DNA of 63,350 bases, filler included, from Collodictyon triciliatum (GCA_043381765.1; 8 parts of 8 records of this genome joined end to end with filler, not necessarily neighbours in it); one strand, 5' to 3'. Numbered from the whole stretch's first letter, positions 1-19,162 are shown. Notes: a model not told the origin generated them from the letters alone. Made by a program: numbers and translations.

Positions 1-27
1 AAAAAAAAACACAAAAAAAAACAACAA

Positions 28-84
<57 letters not shown>

Positions 85-528
85 GCAAGGTGTGTCCAAC
101 AGATTCCCTATTCAGAAAATGAGAGCATTGTAATTTTTTTTTAAAATACCTGTTTTGTTTTTTTGCTTTTTTGTTTTTTTGTTTAATCTTTTATCTCGCA
201 ATTTTCTGATGAAAAATAGTAAACTGTGTTGCGTAAACTCTTGGCAGTTGCTTCTTATTTCAAATACACATACGATAAGCGCCTATCACATTTTGTTGCA
301 AAGAAAGATACGGCATGCATATTATGAACAACTCATTCTCTTTTTTTTTTTTTTTTTTTTTTGAAGATGTACCCACAATGTTGATGAGTCTAGATGGTCA
401 AGTTGATTCATGACTTTATTAAGCTCGAAACAAACGATGAGGGCCGTAAAAGAAAATTAAGTGAAGAACAAAGGCGATGTGGCAAACAACGAAATGGTTT
501 AAGTATAGTGAGTTCCCTCTTGAAACTA

Positions 529-5781
<5,253 letters not shown>

Positions 5782-6322
5782 TCGATGAAGCAGAGGCAGA
5801 ACTATCGCTCTGGCCAAACCCCTACACAGATGAGTATCTCTGCTGTCCAAGTTGAAACAAAGAGAACGCCTGAGTGCAGTGGTGATCAGCAGGTGAAAGT
5901 CTTGGCCGGCTCGAGGGACGCTTACTTGAATACTTTAGTGTTGTTGTTTTTTTGTATGTGGTCTTTTATTTCGTTTTTCTATTACAGAGAAAAGTAGATA
6001 AAGAATAAAGGAAAAGAGGACGAAAGAATAAGTGAGAGGGGGCAGCTGCACAACCAGTCAGCGAGAATGAGAATGAAAGGACGAGGGCCGGAGAGAATGG
6101 AGGTTGTGCCTGTCGACAAGGCCGCTTTTGCCATATAGAGGAATCAAAAAGAGAGAAAGAAAAGTGTGAGAAAAGAAAAGGAAAAAGATGAACCTGCCTC
6201 GGCAAAGTCGAGGATCAGCACCGCGAGAAATCAAAGGGCGAAGTAAGGAGGGAAGAAAAGAGCAGGGGGGGAAATGGGGTGAGAGAAGAGTGAGTACACT
6301 GCCGCATGTTCGGCATCCGTCC

Positions 6323-7795
6323 TCAAGGCTGCGCTTCCTTGTTGGGCAGCAGACATGACCCACGCTTCAGGTCTGTGATGAGAAACGGGCCAATCTTGTG
6401 TTGCAGCGTCTTCACAAAGGCAAAGCTGTGTTCTGTGGAGTCGACCTGCGCGCAGTGGTGATACTCGTCCGTCGTGATTCCAACCAGCTGCACAATTCGG
6501 ACAGCCCCGTTGGCCGTCTGAAGCGGCTCTAATTATTTTTATTTTTTTATTGTGTGATCAGTTGCAACAATCACAATCACAATCACAATCAATGTTATTA
6601 CGTGCCGATGCAAACAATTAAATTAATACTTAAATCGTACAAGATTCAGGAAGAAAGAAAGAAAAAGCAAACAAACCACTGACGCGATGAAAAAATGAAA
6701 AATAAATAAATAATAAAAATTAGAAAATCAACAAATGGATAGAAATTCAGCACAGACAGGCAGCACAAGACAGACCAGGAAACTGGGGGTCGGGCACAAA
6801 CAAAACCGCAGTCAGCTCAGTCTCCGGGCCGGCCTTGAGACTGAGAATGGGGCCGGGCAACAGCAGCGAAAGGCCGGGCACGATGGGGCCGTCTTCTGCA
6901 CTGGCGAGATAGTAGTGTGGCGGCAGGGGCTTCTTCGCCTGCAGCGCCAGATTCAGCAGCAGCTGGACGGGCCAATGCGGCGGGTCTTCGAGCGGGCCAC
7001 TTGCCGTGCTATTGCTGCCCAGCCCGGCCTTGGGCCCACCGGCACTCGCCTCGAATTCTACCGGGTCGCTGGTTTCAGCGCCTGTAGCTGTACTTGTACT
7101 TGTACCTGTGCTAGCGCTAATGCTTGTGACAAGATTGGGGTTGTGATTAAGGCTGAAACTGAGACCAGGGTTTGTGGGGGTGCCCAGATTGATGGGGTTC
7201 ACAGGATTTGCTGCTGGCGACGCGGGGGCATTGGTCAGTGCAATTCGCTGCGGCTGCGGCTTCACCAAAGACGGCTTCGCGTGGAGGGCGGGCGGTGCTG
7301 GCTTTGCTGCCGGTGGGCTCTGCTGTTTGGGTGTCGAGTTATGAATACATAGGTACATGGTCTCTTTGTTAGATTGGCGTGGGTGTGCGTGGGAGGTGGG
7401 TGAGGAAAGGTAATATGGGCAGAAACAAACTGGAGGCTCGATATTTGAGCTTGTGTTCGTGTTTGTGATGGTTGTGATGATGGTCGTCTCTGCGGGCTGG
7501 ACAGCTATTTGATTGAGATTCAGCCGCGGCAACTCCGAGACAGTGTTAACTTTGAGGACGCCGCGCTTCCATTTGACACCACAAGCATTGCAGAGCGTCC
7601 CTCGGCCGAGTGGCCCGTGTCGCCACAACACCGTCTGCTTTGCGTGGCAGTGTGTGCATCGACGTCCGTGCGAATCGCCCGTGCTGTTTGGCGGCCCCGT
7701 CGGTGGAATCAGAACAGGAGCTGCATTCCCGGTCGGAGCTGCAGGGACGATGCGCCGTGTCTGTGGAACTCGGATCGACAGCTCGATGCCCAGTC
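6323..7795 (-). CDS. Suppressor-of-fused (SUFU)-domain protein with an inserted GATA zinc finger; 5' end missing at contig edge
   Basis: Exons 7795-6776 (possible in-frame intron 7430-7323) and 6528-6323. SUFU motifs in order: GLGIELSIRV, PPHWPVQLLLNLA, LTAVLFVPDPQF, PLQTANGAVRIVQLVGITTDE, GPFLITDLKRG. GATA finger CTHCHAKQTVLWRHGPLGRGTLCNACGVKW (CX2CX18CX2C) lies between the first and second SUFU motifs. Confidence 0.85.
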
Positions 7796-7985
7796 CTGTA
7801 TGTGTTTTGGTTTCCCATTTTTAGATAAGCGGTGGTTTTTGGTTTTTGGTTTTTTGGTTTTTGTTTTGTTTTTGTATTTTTTTTGTTTTTTTGTTTTTTT
7901 ATTTTTTTGTTTTTTTGTTTTTTTGTTTTTTTGTTTTTTTGTTTTTTTGTTTTTTTGTTTTTTTTGTTTTTTTGTTTTTTTGTTT

Positions 7986-8085
7986 NNNNNNNNNNNNNNN
8001 NNNNNNNNNNNNNNNNNNNNNNNNNNNNNTTAATTAATTAANNNNNNNNNNNNNNNNNNNNNNNNNNNNNNNNNNNNNNNNNNNN
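7986..8085. other. Artificial contig spacer (44N-TTAATTAATTAA-44N); same spacer at 16071-16170, 24147-24246, 32222-32321, 40285-40384, 48353-48452 and 56415-56514
   Basis: Identical 100-bp linker with stops in all six frames. The first seven contigs are 7962-7985 bp, roughly in descending size order. Confidence 0.98.
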
Positions 8086-11000
8086 ATACCATTTATTCAC
8101 ACCTTCGTCATAAACGGTGCATCCAAAAACACCAAACACCTCTCTTGCGACCGAGTAGTATATAAAAAACAGAAGATTCAAGGTAATGAAAACAGCCTGC
8201 AATAAAAAATAATTTTCTATTACTACTAAAGATGAAACTGAAACAAAATGGAGATTTATAATTGAATATATTTTTTCATCCTTACTTTGTTCTGCTTGTG
8301 TCCATATCCGAAATAGTACGTAGCTGAGCCAACAATGATAAAGATTGGTATTCTTGCAAAACTGAACATCAGAGAAGCAAACACATCGTCTACTCCAAGG
8401 ACACAGGAAAGGCTGGGAAATTGAATTGAACCAATCGACGATGAGACTTCGATAAAGCTGTTTGCACTTTCTGAAAGAACGATTCCACCAGACACAATCG
8501 ACAGTGTTTGCATGTGGAACATGATTATCCTGAGTTTCGCTGAATGAAATATTCTGATTAATATGGAAAGAATAAAAGTGAAAATAATTAGTAACATTTA
8601 CCTGATTTTGATGTCTCTGTGAGATAAAGATAGCAAACGAACATAAAAAATCCAATCGAACCAAGAACCATGGTTGAATAAATCGTTCCTTTATCGCATT
8701 TCAAACATGACCTTCCGTGATTTCCGTATCCATTCTGGCATTTTGAGCAGGCATAACCTTCATAACCCTCTTGACAAAGGTCTGTGATTTCGACCGTCGC
8801 ACTTGAATTCGAAATTTTCTCTGGAATCGATAAATCACATGACTCGCGACGTGGACATGGCAGTATTGATTTCACAGACGTGACGCTTGGTGAAGCATAG
8901 CAGAATTTCAAGGACGTTCCATCAAGGCAATCACACCCTCTTGGGCATTGAACGCAGTTATTTCCAAAGCCAAAATATCCAGGCAAGCATTTACAAAATT
9001 CAAAGCCGTAGTATTCTGGATTCAAGTCAACCTCCAACTCAATCAGACCAGATTTCGAAATAATGGAAGGACAAAGGTAGCGTTTCGTTTCATCTTGGAG
9101 ATTGAAAGATGTTGTGAAATTCATGAAATCAGGAAGGAAATTAGCTGTTCCGTGATTCATCAATGTTTTGTTTAATCCCAGATACTCAAGCTTTGAAAAT
9201 CCGATGTATGATTCAGGAATGCTCCCAACAATCGGATTTCCAGTGAGGTCAAGGGAATTCCATCTCAATAGAGTTGTAAGGTCATCAAGCTTAGTGATGT
9301 TGTTATTCTTAAGGCTAAATGTTTTTATGTTAAGAACAAAGTCAAATATCCACCAATTCAATGCTCCATTCAATTGGTTGTCATCAAGCAAAAGGTTTTC
9401 ATAAAAGTAATCGTAATTCACTGAAGCTGGTGAGATGAAAGTACCAATGTCTCCTGAAAATGAGTTGTTTCTTAAGTCAATGGTGACTAAATTCGGCAGA
9501 TTCCAGAATAAATCAGGCATGCTTCCAGAGAATTTATTGTGGGATAAAACGAGTGATTTCAGCTCTGGCAGTCCCTGAAAATAGGCTGGGACTATGCCGT
9601 TCATTTTGTTCCAAGACAAGTCGATGTATTTAATTGATGGTAATTTCCAATTTTCTGGGATAGAGCCACTGATTTGGTTTTCGCTCACATCCAGTCTTGT
9701 CAGGTTATTCAGATTGAACATCGGTAATGTGCCTGACAGCTTATTTCGGAACAGTACTATTTCCTTGATTATTTTGCAATACTTGAAATCTGGGACCTCT
9801 CCCTCCAACTGATTCTCATAAACAGATAAAATCTCCAGTTTACACATATTTGAAAAGTTTGGAATTGCGCCTAAAATTACTCATTAATATTACAGGAAAT
9901 ATGAAATCAAAAGAAATAGAAAGGGAAAATAGTAGAAATCACCATTCAATCTGTTTCTATCAAGGTAAATTATTTCTGCATTTGGATTTCCATTAAAATT
10001 TGGAACGGTTCCTGTAAAAAAGTTAGTTTTGTATCAATACTACATGAAATTAATAATAAAACTCACCATCCAATTGGTTGTTGTCAAGAGAAATTATTTC
10101 AATATTTGGAATTCCACTGAAGTTTGGAACGGTTCCTGTAATATAAAGTTAGTTTTCATCAATAATACATATAATAATAGTATAACTTGCCAGTTAATTG
10201 ATTGCTGTAAATAGAAATCCTTTCAACATTTGGAATCTTACTGAAGTTTGGAACCGTGCCTGTAATATAAAGTTAGTTTTGTACCTATAATACATGAAAT
10301 AATAATAAAACTTACCATTCAACTGATTGCTGTAAAGATAAATTATCTTAAGATTTGGAATTCCACTGAAGTTTGGAACTGTTCCTGTAATAAAAAGTTG
10401 GTATACAATAAATAATACATAAAATAGTACTTAAAACTTACCAGTCAATTTATTGCTGAAAAGATACATTCTTAAAACTATCGGAATTTCACTGAAGTTT
10501 GGAACTGTTCCTGTATTATAAAAAAGTTAATTTTTATCAATAATGCATGAAGTGATAATTAAAACTTACCACTCAATTGGTTGCTATCAAGAGAAATTAT
10601 TTCTACATTTGTAATTCCGTTGAAGTTTGGAACTTTTCCTGTAAAAAAAAAAAATTAATTTTTATCAATAATACATAAAATTATTATAAAACTTACCACC
10701 CAACTGATTGCTGTAAAGAGAAATTATTTTAACATTTGGAATTCTGTTGAAGTTTGGAACGGTTCCTGTAATATAAAGTTAGTTTTGTACCTATAATACA
10801 TGTAATAATATAAAAACTTACCATCCAACTGATTGTTGGAAAGATAAATTATTTCAACATTCGGAATTCCACTGAAGTTTGGAACTTTTCCTGTAATATA
10901 AAAAAATTAATTTTCATCAATAATACATGAAATTATTATAAAAACTTACCAGTCAATTGATTGTTGTGAAGATAAATTCTTTCAAGATTTGGAATCCCAC

Positions 11001-12447
11001 TGAAGTTTGGAACTGTTCCTGTAATAAAAGGTCAGTTTATTAATAATGCATGAAATAATAATTAAAACTTACCACTCAACTGATTGTTGTAAAGGACAAT
11101 TCTTTCAAGATTTGGAATTCCACTGAAGTTTGGAACTGTTCCTGTAATAAAAAGTTGGTATACAATAAATAATACATGAAATAGTCATACAATTACCGTT
11201 CAATTGGTTGCTGAAAAGATACATTCTTGAAACTATCGGAATTTCACTGAAGTTTGGAACGATTCCTGTAATAAATATAAGTAAGTACTTGTACAAGTTC
11301 ACTTTTAATAAAATAGAAAAACAAACCATGAACTTTGCAGCTATAAATCCAAATAATCCGAATATTTGGCAACGCCGAGAAGTCAGGAAGAGTTCCTGAC
11401 ATGAAAAAATCATTAGAATTCAGAATAAATCATATTGGATGTTACTTCAAACCTGTGATTTTTTCACTTGCACCAATCCGGAATATCTTTAGCGACTGTA
11501 TTCCAGAAAAATCTGGTATTGTTCCTTCCAATTCATTTCCATCAATCGCAATATGTTCAATTTTCGGCACTCCTTGAAAGTCTGGAATCATTCCTGTAAT
11601 TAGATTCACAAAGAGATTCAGATACGTAATACTTGGGAGATTAAAGTCTGGAAGATTTCCGTAAATGAAGTTGTAGCTCATGTCCAAGGAATCCAATAAT
11701 TGAAATTTCTCAAAAATCGCAGAGGCAGCTTCAATGTCACCATTAAGATTGTTTTCTGACATACTGATTCTGAATATGGGACATGTGTTGTTCTATAAAT
11801 ATAAAGGAAAATATGTTAAGAATGAGATCAAAAGAGATTATTGTCATACTGGGAATACCTTATAATCCTCATCCAAACAGCTCTGATGACACGATATTCC
11901 ATACCAATCACAAATTGGAATACTTTCATTCTTCCATCCAGTGTTCCGGAACCAATTATCGCCGCCAAGTGAATCGTAAAGTTGGACAAGCAGTTCGTAT
12001 TGGGTCCCAGTAATTCCATCGGCCACATTTCGACTCTCTTTATTCTCCAACCCCCGTTCCCTGTTTCTACTTCGTTTAGGCGAATGGATTTCTTTGTAGA
12101 AATCGGCCTTACTAGATGTTAATTTTCTTCCGTAATTCCATTCAGCACCATGTCCATTTTCTAGCGAGTGTTCTCCATCTTTGCAGTCATTCATCAATAC
12201 TGAAAAGTTATCCTCATTCTCTTTTAACAAGGGACATGTCTCATCGTAGTGGCTCAACAGAATTTGGAACGCATCTTCGACTTTCATGGAAAGCAACTCA
12301 TCTCTTGAATACTGGCATCTGTTTTCCTTATTTGAGTCGAAAGTGTACTCTATAAAACATCATAATCAAAATATACCTTTGACGTGGATGAATTGAGGAT
12401 GCCGATGAAACGATGAAAAGGATGGCAACGAAGGCAACCAAAAGCAT
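8086..12447 (-). CDS. LRR receptor-like protein: signal peptide, LRR N-cap, many LRRs, Cys-rich (EGF/furin-like) region, multi-pass TM domain; 3' end truncated
   Basis: Signal peptide MLLVAFVAILFIVSSAS. N-cap LYDSLGGDNW...ICDWYGISC. Plant-type LRRs LxxLxLxxNxLxGxIP. Cys-rich CKCLPGYFG..CVQCPRGCDC, CQEGYEGYACSKC. TM region KLRIIMFHMQTLS and YYSVAREVFGVFGC. Confidence 0.88.
9943..11395 (-). repeat. Array of twelve 69-nt single-LRR exons with short phase-1 introns; eleven units (about 125-bp period) are similar in both exon and intron
   Basis: Exon consensus GTVPNFSGIPNxxxIxLxxNQLx. Introns share GTAAGTTTT...TTTCATGTATTAT...TTTTATTACAG. Confidence 0.93.
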
Positions 12448-15400
12448 CGAATTTCTGGTTATATATTTAAATTAAGACTAATTAATCAAATGTATTTATC
12501 GCAGATTGAATTATGAAACGCACGTTGCAGGAATTTCGGGAGATGTCCTTCTCGATTCGAAGAAATTATTGCGTTGGAAAATGGTTGTTTTTTCGTCTGT
12601 TGAGTGCATTTCTATCCTATTGTAACCAATTTCTCAGTATAAGTAGAATATCATCAGTTCTGCTGATATTTTATTCACCAAACATAGGAATATTCAGCAA
12701 ACTTGATTTCAAGAATACTCACTATAAAATAAAGTAATTCTCAAATTGAAGCTTAATTTTGTGTCTATTTATCGAATATTATTGATTTTTCGTGTGATAT
12801 AATGTTGATACGATGAAAATAATGCATTATTTATAAAAATAAATTAACACAAACATATTGCGTAGAAAAAAATGAATTAATTTATTAGTGTATAAATTTA
12901 TTTTCATTATTTGATTTGATAATTTTTTTACATTCACCGTCTTATTTTTATTTTTAACTTTCCTTGTAATAAATCAATCTCATATCCGTAAACCACTTGT
13001 CTTTTTCGTACACTCATATCACGATTCACTATTTATAATCTTCTCTCATATTTCAATTTCCAATAAACCAGATAAATAATATATTATTCAGCATCTCGTG
13101 ATATTCACCGATAAGCCAAAACGTATGATTGTAAATACAAATGAATTTTGATAGATAAGAGTATCATGAGTTTTTGCTTCATATGAGTTGATTAACGACT
13201 AAAATAATTAAAAGAGAATGACTCTATTTTCATAAAATCGTTGTGACGGCTAGAACTTTAGTCATTCCTAAAATTATAAATATCAGTTCCAAATTATATA
13301 AAAAATGTTCATTATTGTTGCATTCGTATAAATTGTTATTCATCATAATGAAAAATGTTAGGATAAGAACCATTTATTTGAATCACATTAGTGTTAACCA
13401 TATAGTTACACAGTAATTAATCAAACAACCAGAGGTTAAAACAGCCATATTATCAGATAATTTATAATGAGTCAATTATTAAAGAAACCCTGTTTGCTTG
13501 AGTTTATCGAATAATTATTAAATGAGAAAATTGATATTGCCCTGGAACATGGCTTCCGATAAAATTTGTTCTGGATTTAAAAGTCTAAAATTGAGTATAT
13601 GAAATCTTGCTTCAGTTAGCTGGATTATTAAATGTTTTAGAACTATGCTTACTCATGAAGCACAACCATATGTGTATGGAAATGGCCAAGCGATGAGTCA
13701 CATCCTAATATTCGGTAAACTTACATAAACAACTGATTGTAATAACAAAATATGATGTTTTGTGAGAGCTGGGTATCATCTCTAAGAGGTTCAATTATAA
13801 GCAATAATTTTCACTATAGATTTTCATGTATCTTTTTCATCGTGATTATTTCATTCTCTATAAAAAGGCTCTCAATTTGGATTCAAATCAACCAACTATC
13901 TTAAATCCAATCGTATGTCAGTTTCCATATTCATATTATTCATTATATAAAAACCAGCTATACAAATCAAAAGCAAAGCATTGATTAGTTATATAGATAA
14001 AAATTTGACTATATTCTTTTGGCTATTAATAACGATATGTTTTATGTAAATATTATATTTCATTGAACTCTAAACCATGTCATTTTTAAATTCATTTGGA
14101 ACCCAAGATAAAATCAGTGTTTATAAAAAGCTAAAACTCATGATACGAAAATAATAATAAAAGGTATTGATAGCATTCAATTTACAAGCACAATCATTTC
14201 AAGAGATATTATAAAACTGAAAGTCTAGCTATTCCATTGGTTTAAATTTCTATCAATGCAGACGAATTGAATCCTTGTATTTGAATATTTGATAAAAAAT
14301 GAATAATATAGATTATCAATAAAATTGTATATGCATTAATACTTGTACTCGGCCATATTTTGACCAAATAGGAATAAACCGAACAATATCAAGGATTCAT
14401 TAGAATGATAGAATCATCGATATGAAACAATCATAGAAGCCATACTGTATGTGGTGGATTAACTAAATAAATCATTCAGAGAATCAACATAAATATACGA
14501 AAATATAAATTGTATGCATAAAAAGGGGTTTTTTTTATTATATTTGAACGATGGTAGTCGTAAAACAAAATAAGGGCGTGAACCGTCTACCATATCCTCG
14601 GTTAGTCAGGGGAACATAATAATACATATAACAAATACCTTTTCATTACCTCTGAATCATTTGAAATTGGAAGGGGGAGGGTGGGTTTGTTGGATTTGAT
14701 AAATTGACATCTAAATAACCAAGGGAGAAAATGAAACTAATTTAGATGATTTAACGATTAATTATCAAATAGGTTTATTTATTGAGCGATAAACTTAAAA
14801 ATCATTTTTCCTTGGAGAAACGAACAAGGTCTAGTTAGGTGAGGGGTATGGAGGTGAATTTGTGGACAAAATATTGCAGGTCAGTCAAGGGGAGGGGTGG
14901 TGTATCATTCAGCGGCAAACTGGTTTTCAGCGGGGATATGGTATGTGTTTTTCGATTTGGACATAATAATGTTCATATTTTGGTTTGTTGGTTTTTTAAA
15001 ATTCACTTTTGATGCAAAAGCGTATCTATTAAATTAACAAAACCTATTTTTTTTCTTTATTTTATTCAAAGTGTATTTAGACGGAATGTAAAATACGGAT
15101 ACCAAGAATCTGCAGATAACTAAGCTTCTCTAGTAGATACGCAATTTAAATATTTTTCCGTATATTTAGTATTCATAAGGCGATACATAAAACGATTATT
15201 GAAAAAAAACTACATAGCGATGCAGATGTTTTAGACAGACAATTCATCTTCATTAAAATTTATTAGCGAATATATAGCTGATATTATTGTATTTATTGTA
15301 AGCATTACAATGATTGATTACATGCATTTTATGTTAGGATTAAATCTATCAACTGAATAATGAAATAACTAGGATGGCCAGACTCCGATGATAGTTCTTA

Positions 15401-16170
15401 ATTTTATAGATTTTGTACTATCATTAGTAATGGTTTTACAACTGAAATATTTTTAATTAAAATATTCGAGTTAGTACATGCTGTATTTTATATGTTAAAT
15501 AGGTAACGTTTTCAAATTAAATAAAGTCTCCTTACCACAAGAAAGGATACATGACTCTCGATTACAAAAATTTACAACGAATATGATTTTTTTAATTTTT
15601 TTGGTCATTAATGACTGGACAAAGACATACATACTTCCACACACAACACAACCAACACCCCCACCGTACGTTCTTAGACCTTTACTCCAGGCCATCGGGA
15701 AAACTAGGAGCCGCCGATCCACCACCCCTCCTCCAAGTAGTAGATCGAAACAGTTCCCTTTCCCACGGATTTTGTCTTTTGTCCTTTCCATTTTCAACTG
15801 TATCAGAGTTTTTCCATGACTTAAGTTTGAACATTCTCCGATTCAAGATTAATAATTAGCGCTTAATATGGTAGATGGAATAAAATAATGGGCTTTTTCA
15901 GCATGTCCATGAAGTTTTCAGATTGAACCATTTATCAAAACGAGACCTAAATTAAGAATGAAGTTTGATTGATAATCTGCTAAAAATTAGGCTTTACACA
16001 TGTACTTAAAATGTGCGTATTTGGCTTTTCTATCGTTGAATATCAAGCACGTGACGAATTTTCTGTCGTANNNNNNNNNNNNNNNNNNNNNNNNNNNNNN
16101 NNNNNNNNNNNNNNTTAATTAATTAANNNNNNNNNNNNNNNNNNNNNNNNNNNNNNNNNNNNNNNNNNNN

Positions 16171-16250
<80 letters not shown>

Positions 16251-16257
16251 AAAAGGC

Positions 16258-16546
16258 GTGGGGATCCTTGAGGTACTTTTTTGCTGGATTGCCAGTCGAT
16301 GGGATCGCCTCCAGGCTCGATCATAAGTCGGCGGGACACAAGAAACGCCGGGGGTCGATTTTCTCCGGGCCAGATGGCTTTCACTCGCTCCAAGGCCACC
16401 ACAGCATTGCGTTTGGTCAGGCTGAAGCGCATGGTCTGTGGTTTATGGACTCTGGCTTCGCTTCTCTCTGCAGGTGTGCAAATGTTGCAGGGTATGAGAA
16501 GACTTCTTCTGCGTATGGCTACGTGGCTCAGGCTTTTTTGCAGCAC
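16258..16546 (-). CDS. Possible exon of an unidentified gene running off the contig start
   Basis: GC-richer open frame (…MRFSLTKRNAVVALERVKAIWPGENRPPAFLVSRRLMIEPGGDPIDWQSSK) followed by a GT and a poly-T tract. No recognisable domain. Confidence 0.3.
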
Positions 16547-17329
16547 TTTCTATATTTTATCTTTCTTTCTTTCTTTCTGCACAAGCGAGACGAGGATTTC
16601 TTTCTTGATTGCCTCCTGCGCACTCTGCTGCGACTTGGAAGCAGTTTCTGTCGGCCCCAACAAACGAAACCAAATCAAACGGGTGTCTTACTCATACCAA
16701 ATCTGGATTTCATAACAATATCTTTATTTCCAGAACGAAAAGCCAGTCTTTGTGGTTTCAACTTCGTTGCCGCGCGTCAGTCGGTATATTTCCTGGAAGC
16801 CAATCTTGAACTCAGCATTCTAGACAGATTAAGGTGTTTGTGTAAACAAAAAAAGAGATTTATACAGATGGAAGACGTAAAATCCAGATTATTTCAAAAA
16901 CTCTAGGAGAGTTTTTATGCGCGGATTGTTGTTCAGTACCGTGGATTAAAAAGTGCAAAGCGTAATCACAAACAGACTTCCAAGTTTTCTTCCATCATAT
17001 TCTGATTTATTTCACGAAAAATGAATGACTAACCTTCACAATCTCCCGATAGAACTTTGCCAAGGAGGGGGATGTTGAAATAACCTCATATAGTTGAGCC
17101 AATTTCTTGATGGTTGAGAAGGAAAAGAAGAAAAAGGAGAAAAAGAGAAGAAAATCCATTTTTTATCAATTAAATTAAAAATAAAAACAAGAGGCCATTA
17201 GTTCAACAGGACGTGTAAAAACAAAAACAAAAACAAAAACAAAAACAAAAACAAAAACAAAAACAAAAACAAAAACAAAAAACAAAAAACAAAAAACAAA
17301 ACAAAATAACTGCACCAGTTCTGAAGTGT

Positions 17330-19115
17330 GATCAGATTATCTCACAATCAAATAATAGGCATATTACGATGAAAGGAAGCCCAGGCTCTCTCCCTTGGTA
17401 GTGTTTGTAAACAACATGAATCTTGATGAAGTGATGCTTCTTGATGAAGTTATCGAGGAATAGTTTGGAATCTCTCTCCTTTTTTTTTTAAAGGGCAAAA
17501 TATTATTTGATATCGAAAACTTAAATCACGATATTTCGACATATTTTCGACTTATGGCCATCTGAAAAAGTGGGTTTAATCGATTATAAGAAATAGTCGA
17601 AAATATTTGGACATGGTTCAGCTTAAAATATTTCTGGTGGGTATTGAAAAATAATACGATGCTCCTTATATCCAGGTCTCGACGACCTTCTTTTCCAGAC
17701 TCCTTAGCCTTCTGTTCCACAGAAAAAAGATCCATAATCTGGAAACGATGCACAAGCTCGTAAAGGAAGAGTCAAAGTATTCCACATAAAATCAAGAAAT
17801 TGGATACATTTTTTTGAAGAATTATATACTTTTGTTATGTAGTGTATGGCATGCACTAAAATATGTGCTTCCATAGATGGTGAAATCATGTCCAAGCACG
17901 CATTGAGCTGTAAGGTATAATCGAATTTAAGAAAGTGAATGATTAGCCTTAAATACTCAAATGACGCTTCAATATTCCGTCCTTGTGAAGTTTTGCAAGG
18001 GAATAACTTAAACCATCGAATTCTTGATCAGACTATCTACACTTCCACTCTAGATTTGGGAGAGTTATTGGATGATGTTCAACTACCAATTATATATCAC
18101 ATATTTATTTACATATAAAGCCGATTTTTGTCTTTTATATTTCGAACTAGGGAATTACATGAAATCGAATAATCTGATAAATTGTCTTCCAGGCATTCTT
18201 ATTAAACTCAGAGGACGGGCTATCGCGACAAGAGGTAACAACGCTAAGATAAGAAAAAAAAACACTATTAAACAAAATTTCCGTATATTTTACATATCGA
18301 AAGCATATGTGAAAAGCGTGATGGTACTTCTTACAAGGGTAAAAGTGTATTATCTTTCATAACAATCGACAGTATTTCGGAATTTTTGATCATATGTCTC
18401 ACGGCGTTAAATAAGCCTGTGGGTGTTAACCATTTGAAAAAAAATAATAATATGGGCAACAAACACATGTCTTTCCTTGAACAAAATACCTATGCATATT
18501 TTAAACCCAAAAAGAAATTATTGCATACTTGTTCGGAAAAGAACTGTTCTGCCTGAATCAGGATTGACCAGCATCGAAATCAACTGGGAAAAATCTGAAT
18601 CAAATATATTTTTATTTTTTAAAAAAAAGCCTTATGGTTCTAATGATGGATTTTGCTTTACTTTTTAAAGATATTTTTAGTGTAAAAATATAAAGTTCAT
18701 TAAAAGTACATAAAAAAACGGCTTCGAAATACGACAAGATATAATGTGGGACTATGTCCTTTTAGACCTGTAGCATAAACAATTATTCCAATAGACCCTG
18801 GCTCTCTCTTTGGCCGGTCAGTTGATTTCCCCTGTTGTCAAAGCAATTTTTTATTTTTATTTTTGCAAATTACAATATGAATCGCATATGAATGCGACCA
18901 GTGAGATTCGGTACTATATATAAATCAACAGACCTTCGGGGCATTTGTGTCGATATGAACTTCTATCAATCGAAGGCGATAAAAAGTCTTTACAATCATG
19001 GACAAGAGGTCGACAAAACCCACTCTTTGCTTTAGAGTAAACCATTTTCAAAAAAAGAAGAGAGAAAAATAGGACGAAATCAGGACCATTCTTTAAAGAC
19101 ATTTACACATCCCTC

Positions 19116-19162
<47 letters not shown>

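Noticed and set aside
9943-11265. Repeat-spacer periodicity resembling a CRISPR array
   Set aside because: Units are spliced LRR exons plus introns in a eukaryotic gene; no cas genes.
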